Below, piece after piece: positions 38,176 to 46,676 of a DNA stretch of 64,000 bases. Under the pieces are notes generated by a model. It did no database searches, was not told where the DNA came from, and worked only from the letters and a program-made list of their open reading frames with translations. Both the position numbers and the translations under genes were made by a program. This DNA comes from a virus (taxonomy: Duplodnaviria; Heunggongvirae; Uroviricota; Caudoviricetes), in the IMG/VR virus record IMGVR_UViG_3300022562_001204, positions 14,551 to 78,550 of that record; one strand, 5' to 3'. The number at the start of each line of letters is the position of its first letter. Positions within the stretch are counted from its first letter, which is position 1.

Positions 38176-38838
38176 TCAGATGCGGTAATACGCGTTGATG
38201 TTGGCTTTTCCGGCTTCTGTCCAGCAGAGGTCCAACGTGCTGGTCATGTTGACCTTGCTCACGGCACTGAACCGGGTATCTGGCGCAGCTGTGACGATCA
38301 ACAAGTTGTTGAGGCGCTGGAATGCAGTCAGACGGCTGTCCTTACGGCTCCAGCTGTCTGAGAAGCGGTTCACCTTGGTCATGCTGAACACGCCATCGCG
38401 GTACTGGTAGTAGAACGCCAGGATCAGGCTCCAGTTCTTTCGGAACTCTGAGCGATCCGTAATCTTCTCTGCCGTATTGAAGATAGCAAACCACAGAAGC
38501 TGTTGTTGCCTGGCGCCATCCGTGCTGGTGATATCGTTGGACATCACCTTTACATAGGCTTGGAGCGTCGAGAGCAGGGTCTTGGTGGAGTCTGCTCCAC
38601 TGCTCTGGATATTGGCTACCAGCTGAGCAAAGCCCGTCACCGGGTCTTTGATCTTGACAGTACTGGTAGTAACCGGGGTGGAAGAGATCTTGACCGGGGT
38701 CACGGTGCTCTTCATGCGGAGGGAGTTCCGCTTGGTTGCCGTGGTTGTGGTGACCGGCGTGGTGCTCTGAGCCGTCGACGATGTGGTGGTCGTCGACGTA
38801 TCGGTGGTTGTGGTCGTCGTGGTGGTGTCGTCAGCCAT
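38176..38838 (-). CDS. Hypothetical protein with Thr-rich N-terminus
   Basis: Poly-Thr start followed by a globular helical domain; own terminator. Confidence 0.7.
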   Translation of the reverse strand: MADDTTTTTTTTDTSTTTTSSTAQSTTPVTTTTATKRNSLRMKSTVTPVKISSTPVTTSTVKIKDPVTGFAQLVANIQSSGADSTKTLLSTLQAYVKVMSNDITSTDGARQQQLLWFAIFNTAEKITDRSEFRKNWSLILAFYYQYRDGVFSMTKVNRFSDSWSRKDSRLTAFQRLNNLLIVTAAPDTRFSAVSKVNMTSTLDLCWTEAGKANINAYYRI

Positions 38839-38853
38839 GAGGGGTCCTGTAGG

Positions 38854-39645
38854 TTATTCGATACCCAGGAACCGATACAGTCGGTCCTTGGCGTCGGAGC
38901 GGTTCAGATTGAAGATCGGGATGTGCATCGCAGAGGCCACCGAGATGGCATGCCCCACGTTCCCGGTTTCGGCACTGCGGTTACGCGCGTGCTCACAGCC
39001 GTCCTTTGACCAGACAATCAGCAGAGAGGCAGGGCTGTTCATGCGCTGACCCTGGAGAGCACGGATGTTCACTGACAGGAAGGCCATGAAGGTTTTCCTG
39101 AGGTCGTCTCCCTCGGGGAGACGGTCACCCGGACGAAACGCCGGCTGGAACTGGATCGCCAGGATCTTGGATTCGTCGCTGGGGAAGCTGAAGTTGTTCT
39201 CGATCCCCCGGAAACCCTTCCAAGGAATGTAGACCTCGGCATCCGGAATCTTGGCGGTCTCGATATCTGGACCCTCCAGACCCGTGGTCCGGATGGTGTA
39301 CCCGGCCTGTTTCAGTCGTTCTCCGATCTCGACGAAGAGTCGTCCGATGTGTTCGGGGGCGTCTGAGTTGGAGGTAAGGTAGGCGGGAATATAGAGTTTA
39401 ATATCCTCGGGATTCTTTTTCTCAGCTCGATTACCCCGGTAGCCACCAGAGCGATTACCGCCAGAATAATTATTACGATATCCGCCCTGGGACTGAGAAC
39501 CAGAACCACCATAGCTGCGATTGGAACCACCGCCGTAGTTATCACGGCGATCATTTTGCCCACGGCTCTGATCATCGTAGTTACGTTCACGATATCCCCC
39601 GTTTTCGTACCCCGAGGAGGGGCTGTTATAGTCTCGTTCGGACAT
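38854..39645 (-). CDS. SLOG/DprA-like protein with G/R/N/S/Y-rich disordered N-terminus
   Basis: GYTIRTTGLEGPD, EVYIPWKGF, LIVWSKDG, GNVGHAISVA....IPIFNL. Confidence 0.7.
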   Translation of the reverse strand: MSERDYNSPSSGYENGGYRERNYDDQSRGQNDRRDNYGGGSNRSYGGSGSQSQGGYRNNYSGGNRSGGYRGNRAEKKNPEDIKLYIPAYLTSNSDAPEHIGRLFVEIGERLKQAGYTIRTTGLEGPDIETAKIPDAEVYIPWKGFRGIENNFSFPSDESKILAIQFQPAFRPGDRLPEGDDLRKTFMAFLSVNIRALQGQRMNSPASLLIVWSKDGCEHARNRSAETGNVGHAISVASAMHIPIFNLNRSDAKDRLYRFLGIE

Positions 39646-39658
39646 ACGCGTTCCTATT

Positions 39659-40960
39659 TCAAGTGAGTGCGGTCATGAGATCAACTTCGGCCGTTGATAG
39701 GATCTTGCCGTGCATGGCCTTGAGGCTGGATGTCAGAATGATGCTGGATGCTTCAGTAAAGGGGATGACGACACCCTGTTCGTAGCGGCTCATTCTGGCG
39801 CCAGCACAGACCTTGCAGAACCGATCACCCGGGCCTGCCTTGCACTTGGCCGCTGATCTGACGGTCAAAGGTCTATCCAGATAATGGAGTGCATCTTCTT
39901 TCTTTTCCAGGAAGATAGACCGGCCATTCAGGACGATGCTGTGGCCTACCAGGTCGTCCACATTGTCCTTGGTGTAGGTCATCTGAACCCCGGATGTCGT
40001 ACCGCAGTCTTCGACGTCAATCTTGACGTTGCTGCCGACACGGATCAGGGTTTTGGCAACCACACCGCCGTTGATCGTTTCGGTACCACGAGAGTAGGAA
40101 CCCGCTCTGGCACCATTGACAACCGCCACGAAGTCCTTGGGATCCGTGGGGATACCCTCCTCAAGGGTGTTCTTGACGGTGACCAGGGGGTCTTTGATGT
40201 CCATCCGGTCTTCGGAGCCGATACCGATGAACATCTTCTTTCGGGAGATATTCAGAATCTTACCCGAGAGGAAGTTTCCGTAGGCTGGGTCATCTTTCAG
40301 CCATTCCTTATCAAAGGCTTTCAGCTTACCTTCGTATTCAGCCAGGACTAGCGGGTCATTGAGACTATCCCCATACTCCTCCTGAAGCTGCTTCCGATAG
40401 GCGGCCATGGCCGGATCTTTGGTGATACCCTTTCGGGTGGTTGACCAATTGACCAGGGGCGCCAGGTGCTCCATGTAGGACAGGTGGTCCCGGAACTTCA
40501 GGTATTCATCCACGTAGAGCGCCGACTCATCTCGAAACTCCCCAGCCTTCGGGGTGGACTTCACCCGTGAAGCGATGTACTTTTCCATGCCGCCGATGGA
40601 GAGCTTTCCGTTCTGGAAAGGGAACTTCCAACCAAAGGAGTCTTTGACCACGACCATGTTGAAGATGAGGTTACCGATCTTCGTAGTGGTGGGTTCCTTG
40701 ATGTTGGCACCCCAGGAGCTATCCACCTGAAGCTCTTCCTGAAAGCTGAATAGGGGCTGACCTGGCTTGGCACCTTCGATATCGTCCAGCTGGAGCTTGT
40801 CATTCAGGTACTGGTAACCCCAGGGTTGGGAGACAACGGCCAGGTGTCTCTTATCCCCATTGGCGCCAGGGCGGGTAATGGAGAAGGCTGAGAACATCCA
40901 GCCCAGGTCATCAGCCTTTCCGGCGAGCAGGGCTGTTTTCAGAAATTCAATGCGTTCCAC
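39659..40960 (-). CDS. Virion RNA polymerase beta'-like subunit (phiKZ gp80-like)
   Basis: Bridge helix GARAGSYSRG.ET..GG...K, DCGT, Zn site C......FCKVCAG, trigger loop LKAMHG. Confidence 0.88.
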   Translation of the reverse strand: MERIEFLKTALLAGKADDLGWMFSAFSITRPGANGDKRHLAVVSQPWGYQYLNDKLQLDDIEGAKPGQPLFSFQEELQVDSSWGANIKEPTTTKIGNLIFNMVVVKDSFGWKFPFQNGKLSIGGMEKYIASRVKSTPKAGEFRDESALYVDEYLKFRDHLSYMEHLAPLVNWSTTRKGITKDPAMAAYRKQLQEEYGDSLNDPLVLAEYEGKLKAFDKEWLKDDPAYGNFLSGKILNISRKKMFIGIGSEDRMDIKDPLVTVKNTLEEGIPTDPKDFVAVVNGARAGSYSRGTETINGGVVAKTLIRVGSNVKIDVEDCGTTSGVQMTYTKDNVDDLVGHSIVLNGRSIFLEKKEDALHYLDRPLTVRSAAKCKAGPGDRFCKVCAGARMSRYEQGVVIPFTEASSIILTSSLKAMHGKILSTAEVDLMTALT

Positions 40961-41801
40961 GGGTAGCGCTCCTGACTTCGTTGAGGCGACCCACCAGGGT
41001 CAACACCTCGGTCTCCGCCAGTCGGGCGGCATCCAGGTTCGGGAAGAACCGATCAGCATGATCACGAAGAACCTTGACGGGGTTCTCCTTGTATGCGTCG
41101 CTTATATAAAGGAGTGAGTAGAAGTTCTCAGCCGAGAAGGTCTTCTCCTCTGGGTTGCCCAGGTACTCCCCGACAAAGGGGAGGTAGCTGTCGAAGGGCA
41201 TGCCCGGCGTCATGTCTGCTTTCAGGAGTTCTGAGAGAAGTGTCTCGTCTCCGAAGGCAACGAAGAACAACTTCATCTCAGCGATGTGTTCCGGGAGAGG
41301 ACCCTTGGCCTCCTCTGGGATCCCTCGAAGCTGAATGTCAATGAAAGTGACCAGCAGCCGGATAGTTGCATCCGCCACATAGTCGATGACCTCCATCAAC
41401 CGAGCCTGGTCAATTCCTGTATAGGGCTCCAGGATGCCCGTCATCTTCTCAGTCGCTTCAAGGTCCCCTTCGCAGAGGGAGAGGATCTCGGTGTAGTCCT
41501 CCAAGTGCTGGATGTCCAGGTACGCCTTGAGGATCAGGTACCGCTCACGGATCGTGCACTCATCCGTGACGTGAGTCAGGTGAAGATTCAGAATGTAATC
41601 CAGCTGTTTGGCCAGTTCAACGGTGAAGTTGTCCACCCGGTCTTCGATGGAGGTCGTGGATTCCTCCATGAGGAGATCCACGAAACCGCTATACGCATTC
41701 TGATGCTCGTAAGCTTCAAACAAACTAAAGCATTGACGGATCAGATCTCGGTAGTCCTCCGTGAGATTGTCCGTTATGAACTGCTCAATCAACTCGTTCA
41801 T
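40947..41801 (-). CDS. Conserved hypothetical protein (phiKZ gp79 position)
   Basis: ORF and synteny. Confidence 0.65.
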   Translation of the reverse strand: MNELIEQFITDNLTEDYRDLIRQCFSLFEAYEHQNAYSGFVDLLMEESTTSIEDRVDNFTVELAKQLDYILNLHLTHVTDECTIRERYLILKAYLDIQHLEDYTEILSLCEGDLEATEKMTGILEPYTGIDQARLMEVIDYVADATIRLLVTFIDIQLRGIPEEAKGPLPEHIAEMKLFFVAFGDETLLSELLKADMTPGMPFDSYLPFVGEYLGNPEEKTFSAENFYSLLYISDAYKENPVKVLRDHADRFFPNLDAARLAETEVLTLVGRLNEVRSATRGTH

Positions 41802-41906
41802 CGAAAGCGCCTTAAAGATGGGGGATTTTTCCCGATGGCTTGGTATAAAATAGCGTCAGTCATAGCATAAACTCGAACGTCCGTTTACGACAGAGGTGAC
41901 ATTTCA

Positions 41907-42458
41907 ATGGGAAAGATGCGTATTCGCGAGATTCAGTCAACACTCGCAAAGAAACAGAACACCAAGGCCTCCACGCTGAGTCCAGAGAGTTCTGGCAAAC
42001 CTCAGAAGGGCAAGACGAACCTCAATTGGTCCGGGCTGGAAGGTCTGTTTGGGAAAATCTCCGGCGGTATCGTGACTTACCTGGAAGGTATTCAGGATAC
42101 TCACCTCATGCTGACCAAGCATAACAAGGTCGATGCGCATCTGAACCAACTGGTCATGACGACCACCAGAGACTGCGAAGCGATCTCCATTGAACTGGAA
42201 AAGATCCACGCAAAGCACGACACCCGAAAGGGAGTGGTCGACGATGCAGATATCGCCACCTACTTCCTACTCGGTGACGAATACAACGGACTGTTCGACA
42301 AGTTCATATGTTTAGCTCAGCAGATCTCGCTTGAGATCATGGACTATACCATCGACCTGAGTCACGAGATCGCACCTGAGTCCAGTATCCAGACCCACCT
42401 GGCGCGTATCGATCAAGAAGTGATCGCCCTTTCCACGAAGTCAGAAACCCCGGCATGA
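41907..42458 (+). CDS. Hypothetical helical protein
   Basis: ORF coupled (ATGA) to the next gene. Confidence 0.65.
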   Translation: MGKMRIREIQSTLAKKQNTKASTLSPESSGKPQKGKTNLNWSGLEGLFGKISGGIVTYLEGIQDTHLMLTKHNKVDAHLNQLVMTTTRDCEAISIELEKIHAKHDTRKGVVDDADIATYFLLGDEYNGLFDKFICLAQQISLEIMDYTIDLSHEIAPESSIQTHLARIDQEVIALSTKSETPA

Positions 42459-44092
42459 ACGAAAACGACCAGACCCCCGAAGAAACCTCTGCTGAAGATC
42501 CGGTTCTGGAACCTTCTGCCCCTGTTGCGGCAGAAGATCCCGTTATTGAGGAGCCCAGCGTTACGGAACCTCAGACCGTGGAAGTGCCGGCGCCTGAGGT
42601 CGAGGAACCTTCGACGGATCCAGAAGAGCCCTCTCCGACAGAAGCTTCTGAATCAGAACCTACGATCGTTCTGCCGGAGGTTATCCCTCAGAACGTCACG
42701 GTTGACTTCAAAGTGAGTCTTCCGCGTGACGAGGCTCGAGATCAATACCCGCCCGTACCGCTGCCGTCAGAACCGACTGACCGGGTGCTGGAGATGATCC
42801 GGAACCTGCCCCAGATCAACCTGGCCGGTGAACCCAAGGGTGAGTTTTGGGCACAGACCCTCCAAACGGGTATGGAACAGGCCACGATGGCGAATGTCTA
42901 TACCAAGACGCTCGAAGATCCGGAAGCCGAGTTCCACAACACCCTTCTGCTGAACAACGAGACCTTCGGTCCGTCACAGATCCGGTTCCGTGAAAGCCAG
43001 AACGAGGTCTACTCGGCTGAAAGCGCCGTGTTGAGGACCATGGCCCATATGGGCCTGGGTACCACCTGGAACACCCCGTTCTACAATACGGGCATGTGGG
43101 CTTCCTTCAAACCGCCCACAGAAGAAGCGTTGTTGGAGCTGCACCAGCTACTGACCTCTGATCAGATCGAGATGGGTCGGTACAGTTATGGTCTGGCACT
43201 CTCAAACCGTACGGCCTATACGGCGGCCCGTATGGCCAAGTTTGCGGTTGACCACCTGTACACCACCTCCCTGTCACCGGACGTCAGTACGAACCTGCTG
43301 GAGATCCTTCGCATTCAGGACCTCCCGTCGCTATTGTGGGGTGTGGCTTGCACACTTTATCCGAATGGCTTCCCATACAGCCGTGCTTGCACGGCCAATA
43401 TGGAGAAGTGCCAGTACGTGCTTCAGGAGAACCTGAACATTCGGAAACTTCAGATGGTGAATCGTCGAGGATTTACGCCTCGTCAGGTCACGATGATGTC
43501 CAAGGCACGTGGCAGCCGGAGTACCACGCTGGAGTCCCTTGGACTCTACCAGACGGACTTCCCGAAGGCAGGTAACCGTAAGGTCACCGTCTACAAGGAC
43601 ACCCCGAGGGAAATCAACTTCATTCTTCGGTCTCCCTCAATCGCTGAGTACATCGAGTCCGGTCAACGCTGGATCGACGGCATGGTCCAGTCGGTGGATG
43701 CTGTACTGGGCACCACGGCCAGCAGCGAAGATCGGAATCGCATGATCGACCAGTACGCCAATGCGTCCTGGGTCAACCAGTACTCCCACTGGGTGGAATC
43801 CATCAGCTTCGGTAGCGGCACGATCACGGATCGTCTGGCCATCGAAAGCTCCATGGCCCCACTGTCCGGGGATACCCGGATCAGGAACGAGTTCACCCAG
43901 GGCGTCATCGACTACATCGAGAGCTCCTCAGTCGCTGTGGTGGGTATCCCCACCTATGTCTGCCCGAAGTGCGGTAAACCCGTCGACGGTCCTGAAACGT
44001 TTCCCTTCAAGAGCAATCTCATCCCGCTCGATGTGATCCAGCTTTTTTTTATCCTCATCACTCAGAAGCTCTGGGCCATCCGCAATCGGTAG
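42455..44092 (+). CDS. Conserved protein (phiKZ gp77-like); possible tail/baseplate assembly chaperone
   Basis: 545 aa, acidic Pro-rich N-terminus, C-terminal CPKCG; T8 slippery site near the 3' end. Confidence 0.65.
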   Translation: MNENDQTPEETSAEDPVLEPSAPVAAEDPVIEEPSVTEPQTVEVPAPEVEEPSTDPEEPSPTEASESEPTIVLPEVIPQNVTVDFKVSLPRDEARDQYPPVPLPSEPTDRVLEMIRNLPQINLAGEPKGEFWAQTLQTGMEQATMANVYTKTLEDPEAEFHNTLLLNNETFGPSQIRFRESQNEVYSAESAVLRTMAHMGLGTTWNTPFYNTGMWASFKPPTEEALLELHQLLTSDQIEMGRYSYGLALSNRTAYTAARMAKFAVDHLYTTSLSPDVSTNLLEILRIQDLPSLLWGVACTLYPNGFPYSRACTANMEKCQYVLQENLNIRKLQMVNRRGFTPRQVTMMSKARGSRSTTLESLGLYQTDFPKAGNRKVTVYKDTPREINFILRSPSIAEYIESGQRWIDGMVQSVDAVLGTTASSEDRNRMIDQYANASWVNQYSHWVESISFGSGTITDRLAIESSMAPLSGDTRIRNEFTQGVIDYIESSSVAVVGIPTYVCPKCGKPVDGPETFPFKSNLIPLDVIQLFFILITQKLWAIRNR

Positions 44093-44130
44093 GCTACGCG
44101 GGACACCACAGTTTCGGTATCGGCATCGAC

Positions 44131-44535
44131 ATGAACAAGATGCTGACCGAGCTTCTGAGGATCACGAAGCAATCGAACAGTATCGAAGTCCAGCAGATCA
44201 TGGCGGACGTCTACGAGACTCAGTTCGGTATCTTCGACCAAATTAGCAATGCGAATCGCCCCGCTAGGCAGCAGAGACCTCTGGCGAGCGTGGCGTACTT
44301 TCCTCAGGAGGACTTCAGAGCTTACCACAACCTGGCAACGGTGGCTAAGCTTTACATCCAACTGGGGATATACGACTTGTTTCATATCCCCCTCGATCAG
44401 TTCGTCAAGCTTCCAGCCCCTGACTTCAATGACCTGGTCAAGATTGCCGAGGAACACGCCAGAGCGAGTAAAGGTAAGGCTGACGATGCCAAGAAGAATC
44501 TGGAAAAGCAGCTTGCAGAATCGCTGAAGCGGTGA
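44131..44535 (+). CDS. Conserved protein (phiKZ gp76 position); may be made mainly as a -1 frameshift extension of the upstream gene
   Basis: No SD before ATG 44131; frame is open back to 43996, across the T8 run. Confidence 0.65.
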   Translation: MNKMLTELLRITKQSNSIEVQQIMADVYETQFGIFDQISNANRPARQQRPLASVAYFPQEDFRAYHNLATVAKLYIQLGIYDLFHIPLDQFVKLPAPDFNDLVKIAEEHARASKGKADDAKKNLEKQLAESLKR

Positions 44536-44538
44536 ATG

Positions 44539-44569
44539 ACATAGCCCGGGATATTCTCCCGGGCTATGT
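44539..44569 (+). terminator. Terminator-like hairpin after the gp76-like gene
   Basis: 13-bp perfect stem. Confidence 0.7.
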
Positions 44570-44582
44570 GCTGTCATGATGT

Positions 44583-44598
44583 GACTCCTTTAATATAG
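44583..44598 (+). promoter_or_regulatory. GACTCCTTTAATATAG motif upstream of the SF2 helicase
   Basis: Same motif family; 18 nt before ATG 44617. Confidence 0.55.
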
Positions 44599-44616
44599 CC
44601 ACCCCAGGGATCCCAG

Positions 44617-46623
44617 ATGAGTGCATACCTTCGAGCAGCCGTAGGTGCTGTTAACATTTACGAGAAACGTGGGCTCATCGTGGTCGATGGGATCTACACG
44701 AACCCCCTGACAGGGGCGATGTTCAGTATCTGGCGAACGAACAAGATTGCCGGAAACATCTTCAGCCGGGTGGATCGGACGTCGTTTGCCTTCAATCCGT
44801 TCTTTGGACCCGATGTCCTGTACGTGCTGAACACCATTGTTCAGAAGAAGATGCGGGGTGTCAACATCCGTGTCGTCAGGAAAACCATCGAGCTCCTGCT
44901 GGAAAAGACCTGGATGGCCTCGGTTCGTCGAGAGTTCCATCCCATGCTGGACTGGGACAAGCTGGACCGGTTTGTCTACAATCCCATGCCTCACCAGGAG
45001 GAGTTCTTCCGGGACTACGATGAGTCCGTCCAGAAGTGGAACCTGGAAGGGTTCCTGTTGGCGGCTGCGCCTGGTGCGGGTAAGACCCTCATGGGTCTGA
45101 TGCTGGGGGAGATGCTGAACACGGATGTCAATATCTACATCTCTCCCAAGAACGCCATTGACCTGGTGTGGAAGGACTCCTTCGCCAAGCTCTACAAGAA
45201 ACCGACCTCCTTCTGGGTCTCGTCGACTCCGGGTGAGCCGCCCATGGGGCTTCGGAACTACGCCTTCCACTACGAACGCCTGGCAGATGCCGTGGCTTTT
45301 GCCAAGAAGTGTCAGTTCCACAAGCCGATGCTCTGGCTGGACGAGTCCCACAACCTGAACGAGATGGACACGACACGGTCATCTTTGTTCCTGGAACTCA
45401 GAAGAGTCCTGAAGACCAAGCATGTCATCTGGGCGTCGGGTACGCCGATCAAGGCCATGGGTAAGGAAGTCATCCCCCTCATGCGCTCGATCGACCCCCT
45501 CTTTGACAAAGATGCCGAAGAACGATTCATTCAGATCTTTGGTAAGAACTCCCAGCGAGGTCTGGATATCATCGCGGCTCGCCTAGGGCACATCATGAAG
45601 CTCGTCAAGAAAGACGAGTTCATGCGGGCTAAGCCCACCACCCAGGAAGTCAAGATCTCCATCCCAAATGGGGAGGACTACACCCTGGATGCCGTGAGGG
45701 AAAAGACCTCTGCCTTTATTAAGGAGAGGTTGGAGTACTACAAGAAACACTTCAGCGGCTACGAGAAGACCTATCTGACGGGGCTGGATATCTTCAAGGG
45801 CACCATCAGGAACAAGGAACAGCAGAGAGCCTTCGACCTGTATAAGCAGTACTTTGCCGTCATTCGGAACGGGTACGACCCGAAGATCCACAAGGACCAG
45901 GCGATATACTGCAACAACTTCGAACTGAAGACCATCTCTCCCTGCCTACCCCAGCCGCTCAAGGATCAGTTCCGAGATGCCCGTACAGTCGTCAAGTATG
46001 TGGAACTGAAGGTCCAGGGTGAAGCCCTGGGTCGTATCCTGGGTCGACTCCGTCAGCAGTGTATCGTGGACATGGTCCCGTACTGCAATCTCCCAGAGAT
46101 GATCGATCAAGCGGATAAGAAGGCCGTGATCTTCACCACTTTCGTGGAAGCCGTCCAGGCGGCCAAGGTTCATCTGGAGAAAGAAGGCTACCAGACCCTT
46201 GAGGTCTATGGGGAGACCAACAAGAACTTGAACCAGATTGTGGGGCAGTTCGGGGCGAATGAAGACATCAACCCCCTTATCGCCACCTACGCCTCCCTCT
46301 CCACAGCCGTGCCCCTCACCATGGCGAACGTTTGCATCATGCTGAATGCACCGTTCCGTGAGTACATCTACAACCAGGCCATCTCCCGTGTGGACCGTCT
46401 GGGGCAGGATGCGACGGTTTACATCTACAACCTCTTCCTGGATACGGGCAATAAGCCCAACATCTCCACGAGGTCCGGGGATATCCTGGAGTGGTGTAAG
46501 GAGCAGGTCAGCCAGATCCTGGGGACGCCGATCATCGATGATCCCACTGACTCCGTCTCGATGGAGTGTCTGAATGACACCGAGTACTTGAAACGCTATA
46601 CCGCCCTCTCAAAGAGCTGGTAA
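44617..46623 (+). CDS. SF2 helicase (SNF2/DEAD-like)
   Basis: AAPGAGKT, LDESH, SGTP, QAISRVDRLGQ. Confidence 0.9.
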   Translation: MSAYLRAAVGAVNIYEKRGLIVVDGIYTNPLTGAMFSIWRTNKIAGNIFSRVDRTSFAFNPFFGPDVLYVLNTIVQKKMRGVNIRVVRKTIELLLEKTWMASVRREFHPMLDWDKLDRFVYNPMPHQEEFFRDYDESVQKWNLEGFLLAAAPGAGKTLMGLMLGEMLNTDVNIYISPKNAIDLVWKDSFAKLYKKPTSFWVSSTPGEPPMGLRNYAFHYERLADAVAFAKKCQFHKPMLWLDESHNLNEMDTTRSSLFLELRRVLKTKHVIWASGTPIKAMGKEVIPLMRSIDPLFDKDAEERFIQIFGKNSQRGLDIIAARLGHIMKLVKKDEFMRAKPTTQEVKISIPNGEDYTLDAVREKTSAFIKERLEYYKKHFSGYEKTYLTGLDIFKGTIRNKEQQRAFDLYKQYFAVIRNGYDPKIHKDQAIYCNNFELKTISPCLPQPLKDQFRDARTVVKYVELKVQGEALGRILGRLRQQCIVDMVPYCNLPEMIDQADKKAVIFTTFVEAVQAAKVHLEKEGYQTLEVYGETNKNLNQIVGQFGANEDINPLIATYASLSTAVPLTMANVCIMLNAPFREYIYNQAISRVDRLGQDATVYIYNLFLDTGNKPNISTRSGDILEWCKEQVSQILGTPIIDDPTDSVSMECLNDTEYLKRYTALSKSW

Positions 46624-46636
46624 GACAAAAAAAAGA

Positions 46637-46672
46637 ATAGACTCCAGGGAGCCGAAGCTCCCTGGAGTCTAT
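46637..46672. terminator. Terminator between the two convergent helicase genes
   Basis: 16-bp stem, UUCG loop and long U-tract on the minus strand. Confidence 0.85.
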
Positions 46673-46676
46673 GCTG

